Part shown: piece by piece, positions 23,258-33,972 of the stretch
Layout of the letters: the number at the start of each line of letters is the position of its first letter
Position numbering within the stretch: position 1 is the first letter of the stretch
DNA from: Octopus bimaculoides
Lineage: Eukaryota
Direction: 5' to 3'
DNA: 47,770 nt
Assembly: GCF_001194135.2 (NCBI RefSeq)
Contig: NC_068994.1
Location: 7,058,407-7,106,176 of the forward strand
Notes under the pieces: model-generated
Told to the model about the DNA's origin: nothing
The model's input: the letters and a program-made list of their open reading frames with translations, nothing else
Database searches by the model: none
Program-made: the position numbers and the translations under genes

Positions 23258-24024
23258 TATAGATATATGTGTGTGTGTATACACACACACATACATATAT
23301 ACACACATATATATACATACATAATATATATATACACACATATACAAATATATGTATATATATACATGCATACACACATAACATACATTCATACATATAT
23401 ATATATATATGTATGTAAGCATGTATGTGTATATATAAATATCTATAAGTGTGTATGTATGCATGTGTGTGTATATAATCATCATCATCATCATCATCTT
23501 TTAACTTCTGTCCAACATACTGGTATGGGATGGATCACGTGGAAGATGGATACTAAAAGACGATGATGGTGATTATGTATATATGAATTATATATGTACG
23601 TATGTATGTATGTATGTATGTATGTATGTATGTGTGTATGTGTGTGATGAAATGAGGTTTGGAGAAAATATCCCCAAAACTAAAGTAACGTGGGACACAG
23701 CTTCTTGATCAACCAATGGAACAGGATGTGACAACAGATTGGAAACGTGACATCATTGTTAAGACTAGCCAATGAGGTGCCAGATAATAGGTGGAGCATC
23801 TGACTTTTTTGCACGTGAAGTGTATCATTCATTGATGTTCTAATGACTGTTCATTGATATTTGATGTGTGTCTTTACATAACATATAATCTACACGCAGA
23901 TACACACACACACATCTATACATCCATACACACACATAAATAAGTAACTAAACAGATTGGAAAGCCCACCAGGCAGCTAGTCAGCTGATGAGCACAAACA
24001 TTATACACTCCTGTACTATGTGTA

Positions 24025-24077
<53 letters not shown>

Positions 24078-24084
24078 CTTTGAA

Positions 24085-24305
24085 CCATGTAGTTTGCTTC
24101 TCAACCACATGGTTCTCAGTTCAATCCCACTGCATGATGGAACCTTGGGCAAATGTCTTCTTCTGCAGCCCCAGACCAAACAAGGCATTGTCAGTGGATC
24201 TGGTCGACAGAAACTGAAAGAAGACCATTAAAAAAATGGCCATTGGAAAGGTGATACTCCAGCATGGCCACAGCCTTTGAGCTGAAATGTATAAAACAAT
24301 AAAAG
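24085..24305 (+). mobile_element. SINE family B variant lacking the internal microsatellite
   Basis: The family B head and CORE-like block run directly into tactccagcatggccacag. Confidence 0.7.
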
Positions 24306-24331
24306 TATGTATGTATATATATATATATATA

Positions 24332-25048
24332 CAGGGTGCGTAAGGTATTTGAGAATATAAGGTATTTGAAGACATGCCTTTTTGGGGTCATTGCTGCATT
24401 TTTTGCTTACTCTGTATAATGTTTGTTTCAGAAAATAATAACGGCAGACCCTCAGCTTACTCAAGAAATGAAGAGGCATGATGTTATTGTGGTTATAATG
24501 GCTGAGCATAACGGTTTAGAAATATCTCAATTTTTAAAAGTTGCCAGATCTTTCATCTACAAAGTTTGTAAGGAGCTAGAGACTTAAGATGGAAACGTAT
24601 CACCAGTATCAAAGCATAAANNNNNNNNNNTTCATCTACAAAGTTTGTAAGGAGCTAGAGACTTAAGATGGAAACGTATCACCAGTATCAAAGCATAAAA
24701 AGCATTCTAAACATTCTGAAATCATCAGAACACCTGAATTTATCTAGAAAGTTCAACAGACCATTGATTACAATCCCAGAAAGTCCATGAGGTCAATTGC
24801 AACAGATCTCCATGTGTCAGAGGAACATTCAGAAATGTTGTCCACATAGACATCAGATATAAGTCTTATATGATGAGGAAAGGTCAATTTGTCAGTAAAA
24901 GCAAAAGAAAATCATTACATCAGATCTAAAAGGTTCTTAAACAAACTGAAAAATCCAGCAGAAGAAGATTTGATTTGGTTTTTCTCAAATGAGAAAAACT
25001 TCGACCAAGATCAAAAAGTTAACAGAAGAAATGACAGATTAATGCAGA
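24332..25048 (+). mobile_element. Tc1/mariner superfamily (maT/DD37D-like) transposon 5' half with decayed transposase
   Basis: TA|CAGGGTG terminus at 24330-38. Translation ...NPRKSMRSIATDLHVSE...YKSY...KRFLNKLK...LIWFFSNEKNFDQDQKVNRRNDR, where FS(D)EKxF is the first catalytic motif. Stops and frameshifts are present and the 3' part is in a gap. Confidence 0.8.
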
Positions 25049-25787
25049 NNNNNNNNNNNNNNNNNNNNNNNNNNNNNNNNNNNNNNNNNNNNNNNNNNNN
25101 NNNNNNNNNNNNNNNNNNNNNNNNNNNNNNNNNNNNNNNNNNNNNNNNNNNNNNNNNNNNNNNNNNNNNNNNNNNNNNNNNNNNNNNNNNNNNNNNNNNN
25201 NNNNNNNNNNNNNNNNNNNNNNNNNNNNNNNNNNNNNNNNNNNNNNNNNNNNNNNNNNNNNNNNNNNNNNNNNNNNNNNNNNNNNNNNNNNNNNNNNNNN
25301 NNNNNNNNNNNNNNNNNNNNNNNNNNNNNNNNNNNNNNNNNNNNNNNNNNNNNNNNNNNNNNNNNNNNNNNNNNNNNNNNNNNNNNNNNNNNNNNNNNNN
25401 NNNNNNNNNNNNNNNNNNNNNNNNNNNNNNNNNNNNNNNNNNNNNNNNNNNNNNNNNNNNNNNNNNNNNNNNNNNNNNNNNNNNNNNNNNNNNNNNNNNN
25501 NNNNNNNNNNNNNNNNNNNNNNNNNNNNNNNNNNNNNNNNNNNNNNNNNNNNNNNNNNNNNNNNNNNNNNNNNNNNNNNNNNNNNNNNNNNNNNNNNNNN
25601 NNNNNNNNNNNNNNNNNNNNNNNNNNNNNNNNNNNNNNNNNNNNNNNNNNNNNNNNNNNNNNNNNNNNNNNNNNNNNNNNNNNNNNNNNNNNNNNNNNNN
25701 NNNNNNNNNNNNNNNNNNNNNNNNNNNNNNNNNNNNNNNNNNNNNNNNNNNNNNNNNNNNNNNNNNNNNNNNNNNNNNNNAAATATC

Positions 25788-25903
25788 GGTAAATTTTCAG
25801 ATTAACACCCGCACGATTTTCACTAGGGTGTTAGGGTGGGAATTCCGTCCCTAACCCTAACAGCCTAGTGAAAATCGTGCGGGTGTTAATCTGAAAATTT
25901 ACC
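25788..25903. mobile_element. 116-bp MITE with perfect 40-bp TIRs, GG termini and apparent 8-bp TSD (Merlin-like)
   Basis: 25788-25827 is the exact reverse complement of 25864-25903. Flanks are [n]aaatatc (25780-87) and taaatatc (25904-11). Confidence 0.75.
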
Positions 25904-25911
25904 TAAATATC

Positions 25912-26815
25912 TGGGTCGATGTAATCGATTAGTCGTCTGCTCCCGCAAAATGGCTGCCCTTGTGGCAAAATTTGAAACCGTCGTCGTTGTTGTTAATAAT
26001 AATAAAATGGCAGGCTGGCAGAATCGATCGTTCATTGGACTGAATGCTCTGCAGTATTTCTTCCAGCTGTTTATGTTCAGAGTTCAACCGGCGCCGGGGT
26101 CGACTCCGTTTCTTATTCCTTCGAGGTCAACGAAATAAAGTATCAGTCAAGTACTAGGGTCGATGAGATCGAATAACTTCTTCCCATTAAAATAGTTGAC
26201 CTTGGGCCAAGATTTGAAGGAAAGGCGGCAAGATGGCAGAATCGTTAGTGCATCGTTCTGAGTTCAAATTCCGCCGAGGTCGACTTTGCCTTTCATCCTT
26301 TCGGGGTCGATAAATTAAGTACCAGTTACGCACTGGGGTCGATGTAATCAACTTAATCCCTTTGTCGGTCCTTGTTTGTCCCCTCTATGTTTAGCCCCTT
26401 GTGGGCAATACAAAAATAAGAGTCGTTAGTGCGTCGGATAAAATGTATATCGACATTTTTTTTTTCCAGCTCTGTACCTTCTGGTTTCAAAATCCGCCGA
26501 AATCGATTTTTGCCTTTCATCTTCTCACGGTTGTTGAAATAAGGGCCAATCGAGCACTGGGGTCAATGTAATCAACGAGACCCGTCCTCACAAATTTCAG
26601 GCCTTGTGCCTTTAGCAGAAAGAGGTATGGGAAAAACAGCGAGCTGGAGGAATAGGTAGCGTTTGCGCCAGCACTTTAATGTTCAGAGTTCGAATCTTAC
26701 TGAGGTCATTTTTGCTTGTCACTCCTCTGGGGTTGATAAAATATAATGCTGGTTAAGTCTTGGTGTCACAAGTATCGACTAAACCACCCCATTTGTATCT
26801 AAATTAGAAACAATT
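25912..26815 (+). mobile_element. cluster of about five same-orientation family D SINE copies or fragments
   Basis: Recurrent ggcag(a)atcg, gttc(a/t)gagttc and ggggtcgat motifs at about 25912, 26005, 26221/26256, 26423 and 26636. Confidence 0.75.
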
Positions 26816-26989
26816 TTTATTAATAATTTTATTTTAATGACGATTTCCATATTGTTGAACTTCACATTGCAAGGGAAGCAACTCTTCTTACTTTAAACTT
26901 CTGCTTCTCTCCGTTGAATGACTGTCTTTGGCACTACGAGATTTACAGATTGGTTTCCGATTTAGACACAAGGCCGGCATAAAGAGGAA

Positions 26990-27340
26990 AAGGTGCACAG
27001 GCATGTCAGAAATATCGGTGAATTTCAGGAGGCATGGGACTTTTGAAGGATGTAAGTGGCTTGGCAGTTAACAACTGATGCAACTAGTTTATTCCATGCT
27101 TCAACAAATCTGAGCTTGGAAAACTGCTGTGCTGTTTTTGTTATATGTGTGCGAGGCTTTTCTATAAACGTATCCATGGGTGGTGATGTTGAAATTCAAG
27201 AAGGCAGCTGTTGTGGGCATCTGTCAAATCAGCTGAAATTAGATGTTGAAATTATAGTTTGTCGATGTCCAGAGAAGCAAGAAGGTTCGAGATACCATGA
27301 CTGACAGAGTATTCGTGTGATTCCATGTCCCTGGACAGTT
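26990..27340 (-). mobile_element. CR1-type LINE 3' fragment (degraded)
   Basis: The minus strand encodes VEAWNKLVASVVNC (CR1/L2 C-terminal WNxLP motif), preceded by an HGY/RGH-like segment. Confidence 0.55.
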
Positions 27341-27707
27341 TCCAGTAGATCGATTCTGAGGACACACACACAGTTCATTTATTTGTAGTTTGTGATGTTA
27401 TCCCAATGCAAGCCCATTTTTATCTCTGGGAAGAGGCGGTCCATATTAGTATGACCTCCACCCTTTGACCAGTCCAGCTTAGGTGACCTCATAAGGATCT
27501 TGCTCACTGAAGACGCATGAGTCACCACCAGGGGCATATATTCCAGGTGTGCACTGCACACCTATTCATTATTTTCAAAATTAACTGAAACAAAGGTGGT
27601 ATATGTCAATAGAAACGTCGTACTTAAAGGGCTGATGCTTTTCATGTCAGTCCAGTCCTTACTTTAATCCAGAGATGCAAATTGCCTGTTTTAAAGTTGA
27701 TTTAGAT

Positions 27708-28274
27708 CAGGGGTTCTCAACCATTTTTCATATATGTACCCCTTTGATTACTATTTTATTCTGGTGACCCACCCACCCACCATAACCATTCAATGTTTAA
27801 AAACTAATTTTAAAGAAACTTCTTTCAAAATTCTTATTTTGTTTTCCACAAAATGTGTAGGTTGAATTATGTATAATCCTTTCTACTCTAGGCACAAGGC
27901 CTGAAAGTTGGGGGAGGGGGAGGGGCAGTCGATTAGATCGACCTCCGTACACAACTGGTACTTAATTTATCAACCCCCGAAAGAAAGGCAAAGTTGACCT
28001 CAGCAGAATTTGAACTCAGAATGTAGCAACAAGCAAAGCATTTTACCCGATGTGCTAATGATTCTGCCAGCTCGCTGCCTTATGTTGAACTCTGTATAAT
28101 GTTAGAGAAAGAACCCTAGATCTTGTACATACCAATATATATAAAGCAAAATTTTTTCAGGGGCCCTTAAAATACTACTGTGGATCCCCCTATTTACTAT
28201 TTTATAGTGCAGAGCCCCCAAAAATCATATACAGATGCTCGGGGGCTATGTAGATCCCCAGTTGAGAACCAGTG
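27708..28274. mobile_element. hAT (Charlie-like) MITE
   Basis: TIRs caggggttctcaac and gttgagaaccagtg. 8-bp TSD atttagat (27700-07) and atttggat (28275-82). Confidence 0.85.
27878..28083 (-). mobile_element. SINE family D inserted in the hAT MITE
   Basis: 17-bp TSD at 27861-77 and 28084-100 (15/17). The uninterrupted site occurs once in the hAT copy at about 34020. Confidence 0.85.
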
Positions 28275-28400
28275 ATTTGGATTAGATTTTCTTGTTATTA
28301 GTTTATATTTCTAAACACTAGCATAATAATGACAATGTCATTTTAATGAATTTGTTATTTTCACAATTAATTGAAACAAAGGTGTGAATGTCCTTGTAAA

Positions 28401-28578
28401 TCATCATCATCATTTAACGTTCGCTTTCCATGCTAGCATGGGTTGGACGATTTGACTGAGGACTGGTGAATCAGATGGCTACACCAGGCTCCAATCTGAT
28501 TTGGCAGAGTTTCTACAGCTGGATGCCCTTCCTAACGCCAACCACTCCGAGAGTGTAGTGGGTGCTTTTACGTGCCAC
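28401..28578 (-). mobile_element. family C copy
   Basis: Near-exact reverse complement of about 13090-13270. Confidence 0.85.
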
Positions 28579-29831
28579 ATGGTGAGAAAAGAGTTACAAA
28601 AACATCAATGTTAGTATGAATAAATTATGATGAAAGGAACAATTGAAATCTCAAAAATACAAAAAAATAAATATTAACAAAAAACATATCAAGCCAAGAA
28701 TTGGGAAATAATTCTTCACATTTATGACAATAATTGTTCAACAAAAGAAAAAGTATTACAAAAATTTCTGGGTCTTTTAGAAAGGAACACGAAAAATGTT
28801 ACACCTAAAAATGTATTCTGTACAATTATTCTAACTCAAGATCAAATGTAACTTCCAGTCCATTAAACTTTCGTTTTTCTACCTTCAAATAAGGCAGACG
28901 TTTATTTATATTCCAAAATAACTTTTTCTGTGGAGGAATATTGAAGATATGAATGGAAGTACACACACGTAGACAAGAGCAACCTTCCAACAAAACACTA
29001 ATATAATTCAAGAACTGGCTTCGGAACTAGTTCCGTCCAAAGCTTTTCTTTTCCAAATACACTGACAATGATATGATGTTTGTTCCATGTACCCCAGCTG
29101 TTTTTCTGCATCTGGACACCTGAAATTACACAACAAACAAGCGAATATGCATTCTTATACGTTGCTATGTGCAAATGTTATACTCTTTACAAACTGAGTA
29201 AAGACACCACATTATGGTAAAGCATTGTTCTTGCTTGTTAAAGACACATGAATACAGTCTTAAAAGATATTTCCTTATGAACATGGTTCTTTCATCTTTG
29301 TGTAGTCCACTTTGCTTAGGGAACAGAACATCCATTTTACCAAGGTCAGTTACAGTAAGGTGTACCTTTAGTAATATCATAGGTAACAAGGGGCAAATCT
29401 CAAATGAGAAATACCAACATTTTCATTTGAAGCTTTCAAACTGCCACATCTAAAACGTACATTGTTGATATAAATAAAAAAACTGAGCAAAAAGGTCATT
29501 TTGTGAGCGTGAGTGAAGTGTTGAAAGTTAGAATAAAAAATTTGCAAGAAAAATCAATTTGAGATGATAATTCAACTTGGTATATATTTACATATGTAAT
29601 ATATAAATATATGTACATATATCAATACACATTCCTCAATATATTGTGTCTCTGTAAATGCATTCATATTTTCACGTTCATTTTCCTTGCCACCTTCAGC
29701 TGATAGAGAAAGGCCTGCTAATTCATAATTATATACACAATTCATACAAATTGTAGAATATCCACATATATTGTTTTTTATCCTTTCATTCAGACTGTAT
29801 CAATACCATATTATCTTTCATATTTCTGAAT

Positions 29832-29911
29832 GTATGTGAGTGTGAGCACATGTGAGTGTGAGCACATGTGAGTGTGAGCATATGTGAGTGTGAACATATG
29901 TGAGTGTAAGC
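29832..29911. repeat. 16-bp minisatellite x5 (acatgtgagtgtgagc) downstream of the Red stop codon
   Basis: Five consecutive units were read directly. Confidence 0.9.
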
Positions 29912-29969
29912 ATGTGTGTGTGTGTGTGTGTGTAAGTATAATTAATACTTCATTTGTGTGTAAGTCTAA

Positions 29970-31293
29970 TTAATACTTCATCCGTTTGTACTCGTAGTTG
30001 TCATCAGTAGTTTTACGTTTCTCAATGATGCGCTGGATTTTCTGCCACTGCCGGTCAAGCTCAGCCTTCTCATCTTTGGGACCGGTACGACGGGTTTTCC
30101 TGCCGTCGGCCATCTTGACACCATATTGGAAAGCAGCTTTCGGCATGGCCTCCTTATTGGCCATATACTCGCTGTACTCTTCTTGCGAGTCGAAATCCCA
30201 ACGCCCTATGGGACCCTTTTTGTTGCCGTGATCCATTTTCGTATAATCCACTTCGTCATCGGAATCATCGATGGCATCGGCAGATTCCATCATACCCGGG
30301 TAACACTCTGCATAGCTGTCGATTTCCATTTTGGCCTTTAACTTCCGCAGTCTTTCCTCTTCCTTCTTGGAAGCTGCTTTTTCCTTCTCTTCTTCTATTT
30401 CAGCAAATGACTTGAAACATTCGTTGATAGATTTTACCAAATCCTTTGTGGAGTTTGGCATCCTGTCTTTGTCTTCATCCTCGTCAGCAGGTTTCTCAAA
30501 GTAAGTCTTCTTCGAGCTCCTCTCGCGATCATAATCCCTGTCGCTTCGGTCTCTGTCCCTGCGGTCCATACCACCTGAACTACTTCGGTCTTTATCTCGG
30601 CTGTAGTAGCTTCCATCGTGATCCCGATGGTCTAAATCTCTGTCTCGATCACCACGATCTCGGTCACCTCTGTCCCTGTCTCCTCGGTCCCTGTCACTCC
30701 GATCCCTATCGCGATCACTTCGATCTCTGTCTTTACGATCGCGTTTGTCTTTGCTCTTGGAAAACTGTCCAGACATCACAGATGGATTGTACTCACCAAG
30801 ATCACCATAAATACTTTCGTCGTGACCAGGTAACAGCATCTTATCCCCTGCACTTCCAGAGCCTCCATTTCCACCACCTACATTATTCCCTGGACGAGCA
30901 TCGTCTTTCATCTTGTTTTTCTCTTTCTTCTTCAGCTTTTTGTTCTCACGGCGTCCCTGTCGCAAGTAGGACAGAATCTGTGTCAGCTTATTAATGACAA
31001 TATCATTGGTGGTCAATGTCGTGTCAGATTCGGGCACTGGACAGTCAACCTTGCTGCGGATAAGTGTTGTTGGAACATCAGAGTCAGCAAATTCATCCTC
31101 TAAATCCACCACGTAGGCCATACGACTAGGCAGAAACAATTCGTTGCGCTCGGGGTACTTCGATTTGAAGATGATGCGGTAAATATTCCTCCCCATCTTG
31201 GTTTTGAATAGAATTTGATCCTCTGGGTCCTCTTCTTTCTCTTTCTTCTGCGTCAAGGCCTTCTCGAGCTCTTCTTCCTCCTCGCGTTCTTTG
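29970..31293 (-). CDS. IK: protein Red (IK, RED_C domain), 3' portion of CDS in a single uninterrupted frame
   Basis: Recognisable IK motifs: KEREEEEELEKA...FKTKMGRNIYR, RNELFLPSRMAYVVDL, TTLTTNDIVINKLTQILSYLRQG, Arg/Asp repeat, SYAECYP, GNKKGPIGRWDFDSQEEYSEYM, KAAFQYG, KAELDRQW, terminal KRMKY-stop. Confidence 0.97.
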
Positions 31294-32009
31294 NNNNNNN
31301 NNNNNNNNNNNNNNNNNNNNNNNNNNNNNNNNNNNNNNNNNNNNNNNNNNNNNNNNNNNNNNNNNNNNNNNNNNNNNNNNNNNNNNNNNNNNNNNNNNNN
31401 NNNNNNNNNNNNNNNNNNNNNNNNNNNNNNNNNNNNNNNNNNNNNNNNNNNNNNNNNNNNNNNNNNNNNNNNNNNNNNNNNNNNNNNNNNNNNNNNNNNN
31501 NNNNNNNNNNNNNNNNNNNNNNNNNNNNNNNNNNNNNNNNNNNNNNNNNNNNNNNNNNNNNNNNNNNNNNNNNNNNNNNNNNNNNNNNNNNNNNNNNNNN
31601 NNNNNNNNNNNNNNNNNNNNNNNNNNNNNNNNNNNNNNNNNNNNNNNNNNNNNNNNNNNNNNNNNNNNNNNNNNNNNNNNNNNNNNNNNNNNNNNNNNNN
31701 NNNNNNNNNNNNNNNNNNNNNNNNNNNNNNNNNNNNNNNNNNNNNNNNNNNNNNNNNNNNNNNNNNNNNNNNNNNNNNNNNNNNNNNNNNNNNNNNNNNN
31801 NNNNNNNNNNNNNNNNNNNNNNNNNNNNNNNNNNNNNNNNNNNNNNNNNNNNNNNNNNNNNNNNNNNNNNNNNNNNNNNNNNNNNNNNNNNNNNNNNNNN
31901 NNNNNNNNNNNNNNNNNNNNNNNNNNNNNNNNNNNNNNNNNNNNNNNNNNNNNNNNNNNNNNNNNNNNNNNNNNNNNNNNNNNNNNNNNNNNNNNNNNNN
32001 NNNNNNNNN

Positions 32010-32128
32010 GTCATCAAAAGTTTACGAAAATCTTCGTTCGTCAACGGATGAGCATCGTCACCTACCTCTGTGTTGTAATCTGCAGGAGGCAACGGATTGG
32101 AATACGCTTCCGCATCCTCCTTCGGCAT
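32010..32128 (-). CDS. IK: protein Red (IK) N-terminus
   Basis: MPKEDAEAYSNPLPP...LTNEDFRKLLMT matches the IK N-terminus (MPERDSEPFSNPLAP...LTNEDFRKLLMTPR). It continues into the 716-N gap. Confidence 0.95.
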
Positions 32129-33124
32129 TTTGGTTCAGTTTATAAACCACTATTCGGTACTTCTTGTCTCAAGTGCAGGAATATCTTCCTTCCCAGTGAA
32201 ATTACAATAAATACACGCAAAATGTACACAAAAGACGGGAGCCACACTACAATGGCCGCCCAATAAACTGTGTAGAGTTATCTCTCTTGCTTTGTAAGAA
32301 TATCAACATTTGGCTTCCTATTCTTCGCCGCAATGAAATTGTAAATAAACATTCTAGCTGATTATATTTTTTTAGATGCAGCACAGAATTTTGTCAGTGA
32401 ACAGGTCGCGGTCTCAAAGCCACGAAAATATTTTGACAAATTAAATTTAAATGTTGAAGTGAATCTAACGGTTCTTGTGTGTTATTTTAAATGGCTTATT
32501 AAACACCATCTACGCTGCAAATATTTTTTTTTTTAATATTTTAAAATGTAACAAATATTTTTGAATTCATAATTTTAGTGAAAAAAAATTTTACTAACAA
32601 ACACCACTACTGCTCTTAGATTACTTCTATTTTACTTCGTATTCTATGAAAAAAATTAATTTATACGTAACTATCGCCTTAGCTCTACAATCAATTATAG
32701 TACGTCTGTACCAGGGAATTATTGTCCACCTCCAGAATAGTCGTTTAGATCTACAATCAAAGGCATTCCAAACATGACCGTCTATCTTTTTCATTTTTGT
32801 TCTCAGACGCAGCATGTCTAGATCCACAGTACCTCATGTGCACTTGCTTATTTTGAGATGGTGTCGTGCAATATGAGGGAGATTTTGGCTGCTATTTCCA
32901 GCGACCACATTGCGGCTTTCTCTTCTAAATGATGTTTGGGTGGACGACAATGTTTTTTAGCTTCTGTTCATATCAAAAACAATCATAGATTTTTAGGAGA
33001 AAATAGAAAACAAGAATCTAGTTGAGATTCAGCCTTGAGTCAGCGCGACGAAAGACATTCCAACCGTGACCATCAGTCTGTTTCAGGCTTAGTATATCTA
33101 GGACTACTTTGAATTGTGTTAGCT

Positions 33125-33245
33125 TTTTTGAAACCAACCCACCTGAAACCACCCTTGGTTCCATGATACAAACTTAACTTCTTGTTTAAAATGATCTAAG
33201 TGAAAACCTTCCATTAAAATTTCAGGTTAAGTTTCAAACATTGTT
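33125..33245. mobile_element. piggyBac-type MITE family 1 fragment
   Basis: ccacctgaaaccacccttggttcc...aaccttccattaaaatttcaggttaa is homologous to 42160 and to the reverse of 960-1050. Confidence 0.55.
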
Positions 33246-33254
33246 TAATAATGG

Positions 33255-33413
33255 TTTCTGGTTTTGGTACAGGACTGCAGTTTTTGAGGGGAGGGGGAAG
33301 TCGATTACATCAACCCCCAAAACTTGACTTATTTTATCGACCACAAAAAGGATGAAATGCAATGTTCACCTCAGCAGAATTTGAACTCAGAAAGTAGAGA
33401 TAAAACGAAATGC
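33255..33413 (-). mobile_element. SINE family D fragment
   Basis: gtcgattacatcaacccc...cctcagcagaatttgaactcaga. Confidence 0.7.
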
Positions 33414-33677
33414 TGAAGTAGTTGTATGCTGTCAACTTAATGTGACAGTCCCCTGAAGGGAATTATACTACTGTTGGTTAGACCTAGGAAGCTGCACTGC
33501 TTCCTGTTCGGCCTTGACACATTTCCTGTGTCCTGATGTTTACAAGGGGGAGACATAAGGACACTGGAAATGTGTCAAGGCCGACAGGAAGCAGTGCAGC
33601 TTCCTAGGTCTAACCAACAGTAGTATTATTCCCTTCAGGGGACTGTCACATTAAGTTGACAGCATACAACTACTTCA
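33414..33677. repeat. 264-bp foldback (about 125-bp arms, 13-nt loop)
   Basis: 33414-33539 versus the reverse complement of 33553-33677 differs by 3 substitutions and 1 indel. No TSD is evident. Confidence 0.9.
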
Positions 33678-33754
33678 TCGTATCACTCCTGCATAAATCT
33701 CTCTGAGGGATTTAGAAATGTATTATTTCTAAAAAAAAGAAATGCTGTTAAGGT

Positions 33755-33972
33755 GCAAGTATGACTGTGTGGTAAAGAAGCTTGCTTCCCAACCACATGG
33801 TTCTGGGTTCAGACCCACCACCTGGCACCTTAGTCAAGTGTCTTCTACTATAGCCTCGAGCTGACCAAGGCTTTGTGAGTGGATTTGGAAACTGAAAGAA
33901 GCCTGTCATATATACATATATGTATATATCTATGTGTGTGTGTCTGTTTGTCCCCCCATCACTGCTTGACAA
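33755..33972 (+). mobile_element. SINE family B, 3'-truncated, with internal (TA)(TG) tract
   Basis: The head, CORE-like block and internal microsatellite were read directly. Confidence 0.85.

Larger units (their letters stand above)
27660..28385. mobile_element. piggyBac-type MITE family 1 host copy split by the hAT MITE
   Basis: caaattgcctgttttaaagt before the hAT element and tttatatttctaaacactagc...aattaattgaaacaaagg after it match the reverse complement of 713-960. Confidence 0.55.

Noticed and set aside
23985-24000. Other CTGATGA/CTGAAGA heptamers (23985, 39160, 45287, 45424, 46963)
   Set aside because: None is followed by a stem II plus GAAA and UH, so they are not hammerheads.
24552-24699. 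Exact 69-bp direct repeat around a 10-N spacer in the maT element
   Set aside because: Identical sequence on both sides of a minimal gap is typical of unmerged overlapping contig ends. The same pattern occurs near 7458, 12087 and 13854.
31253-32128. ORF track shows Red ending in KNARRKKSSRRP, suggesting a frameshift or pseudogene
   Set aside because: The gap length is only an estimate. The correct frame after the gap (KEREEEEELEKA) is open and conserved.
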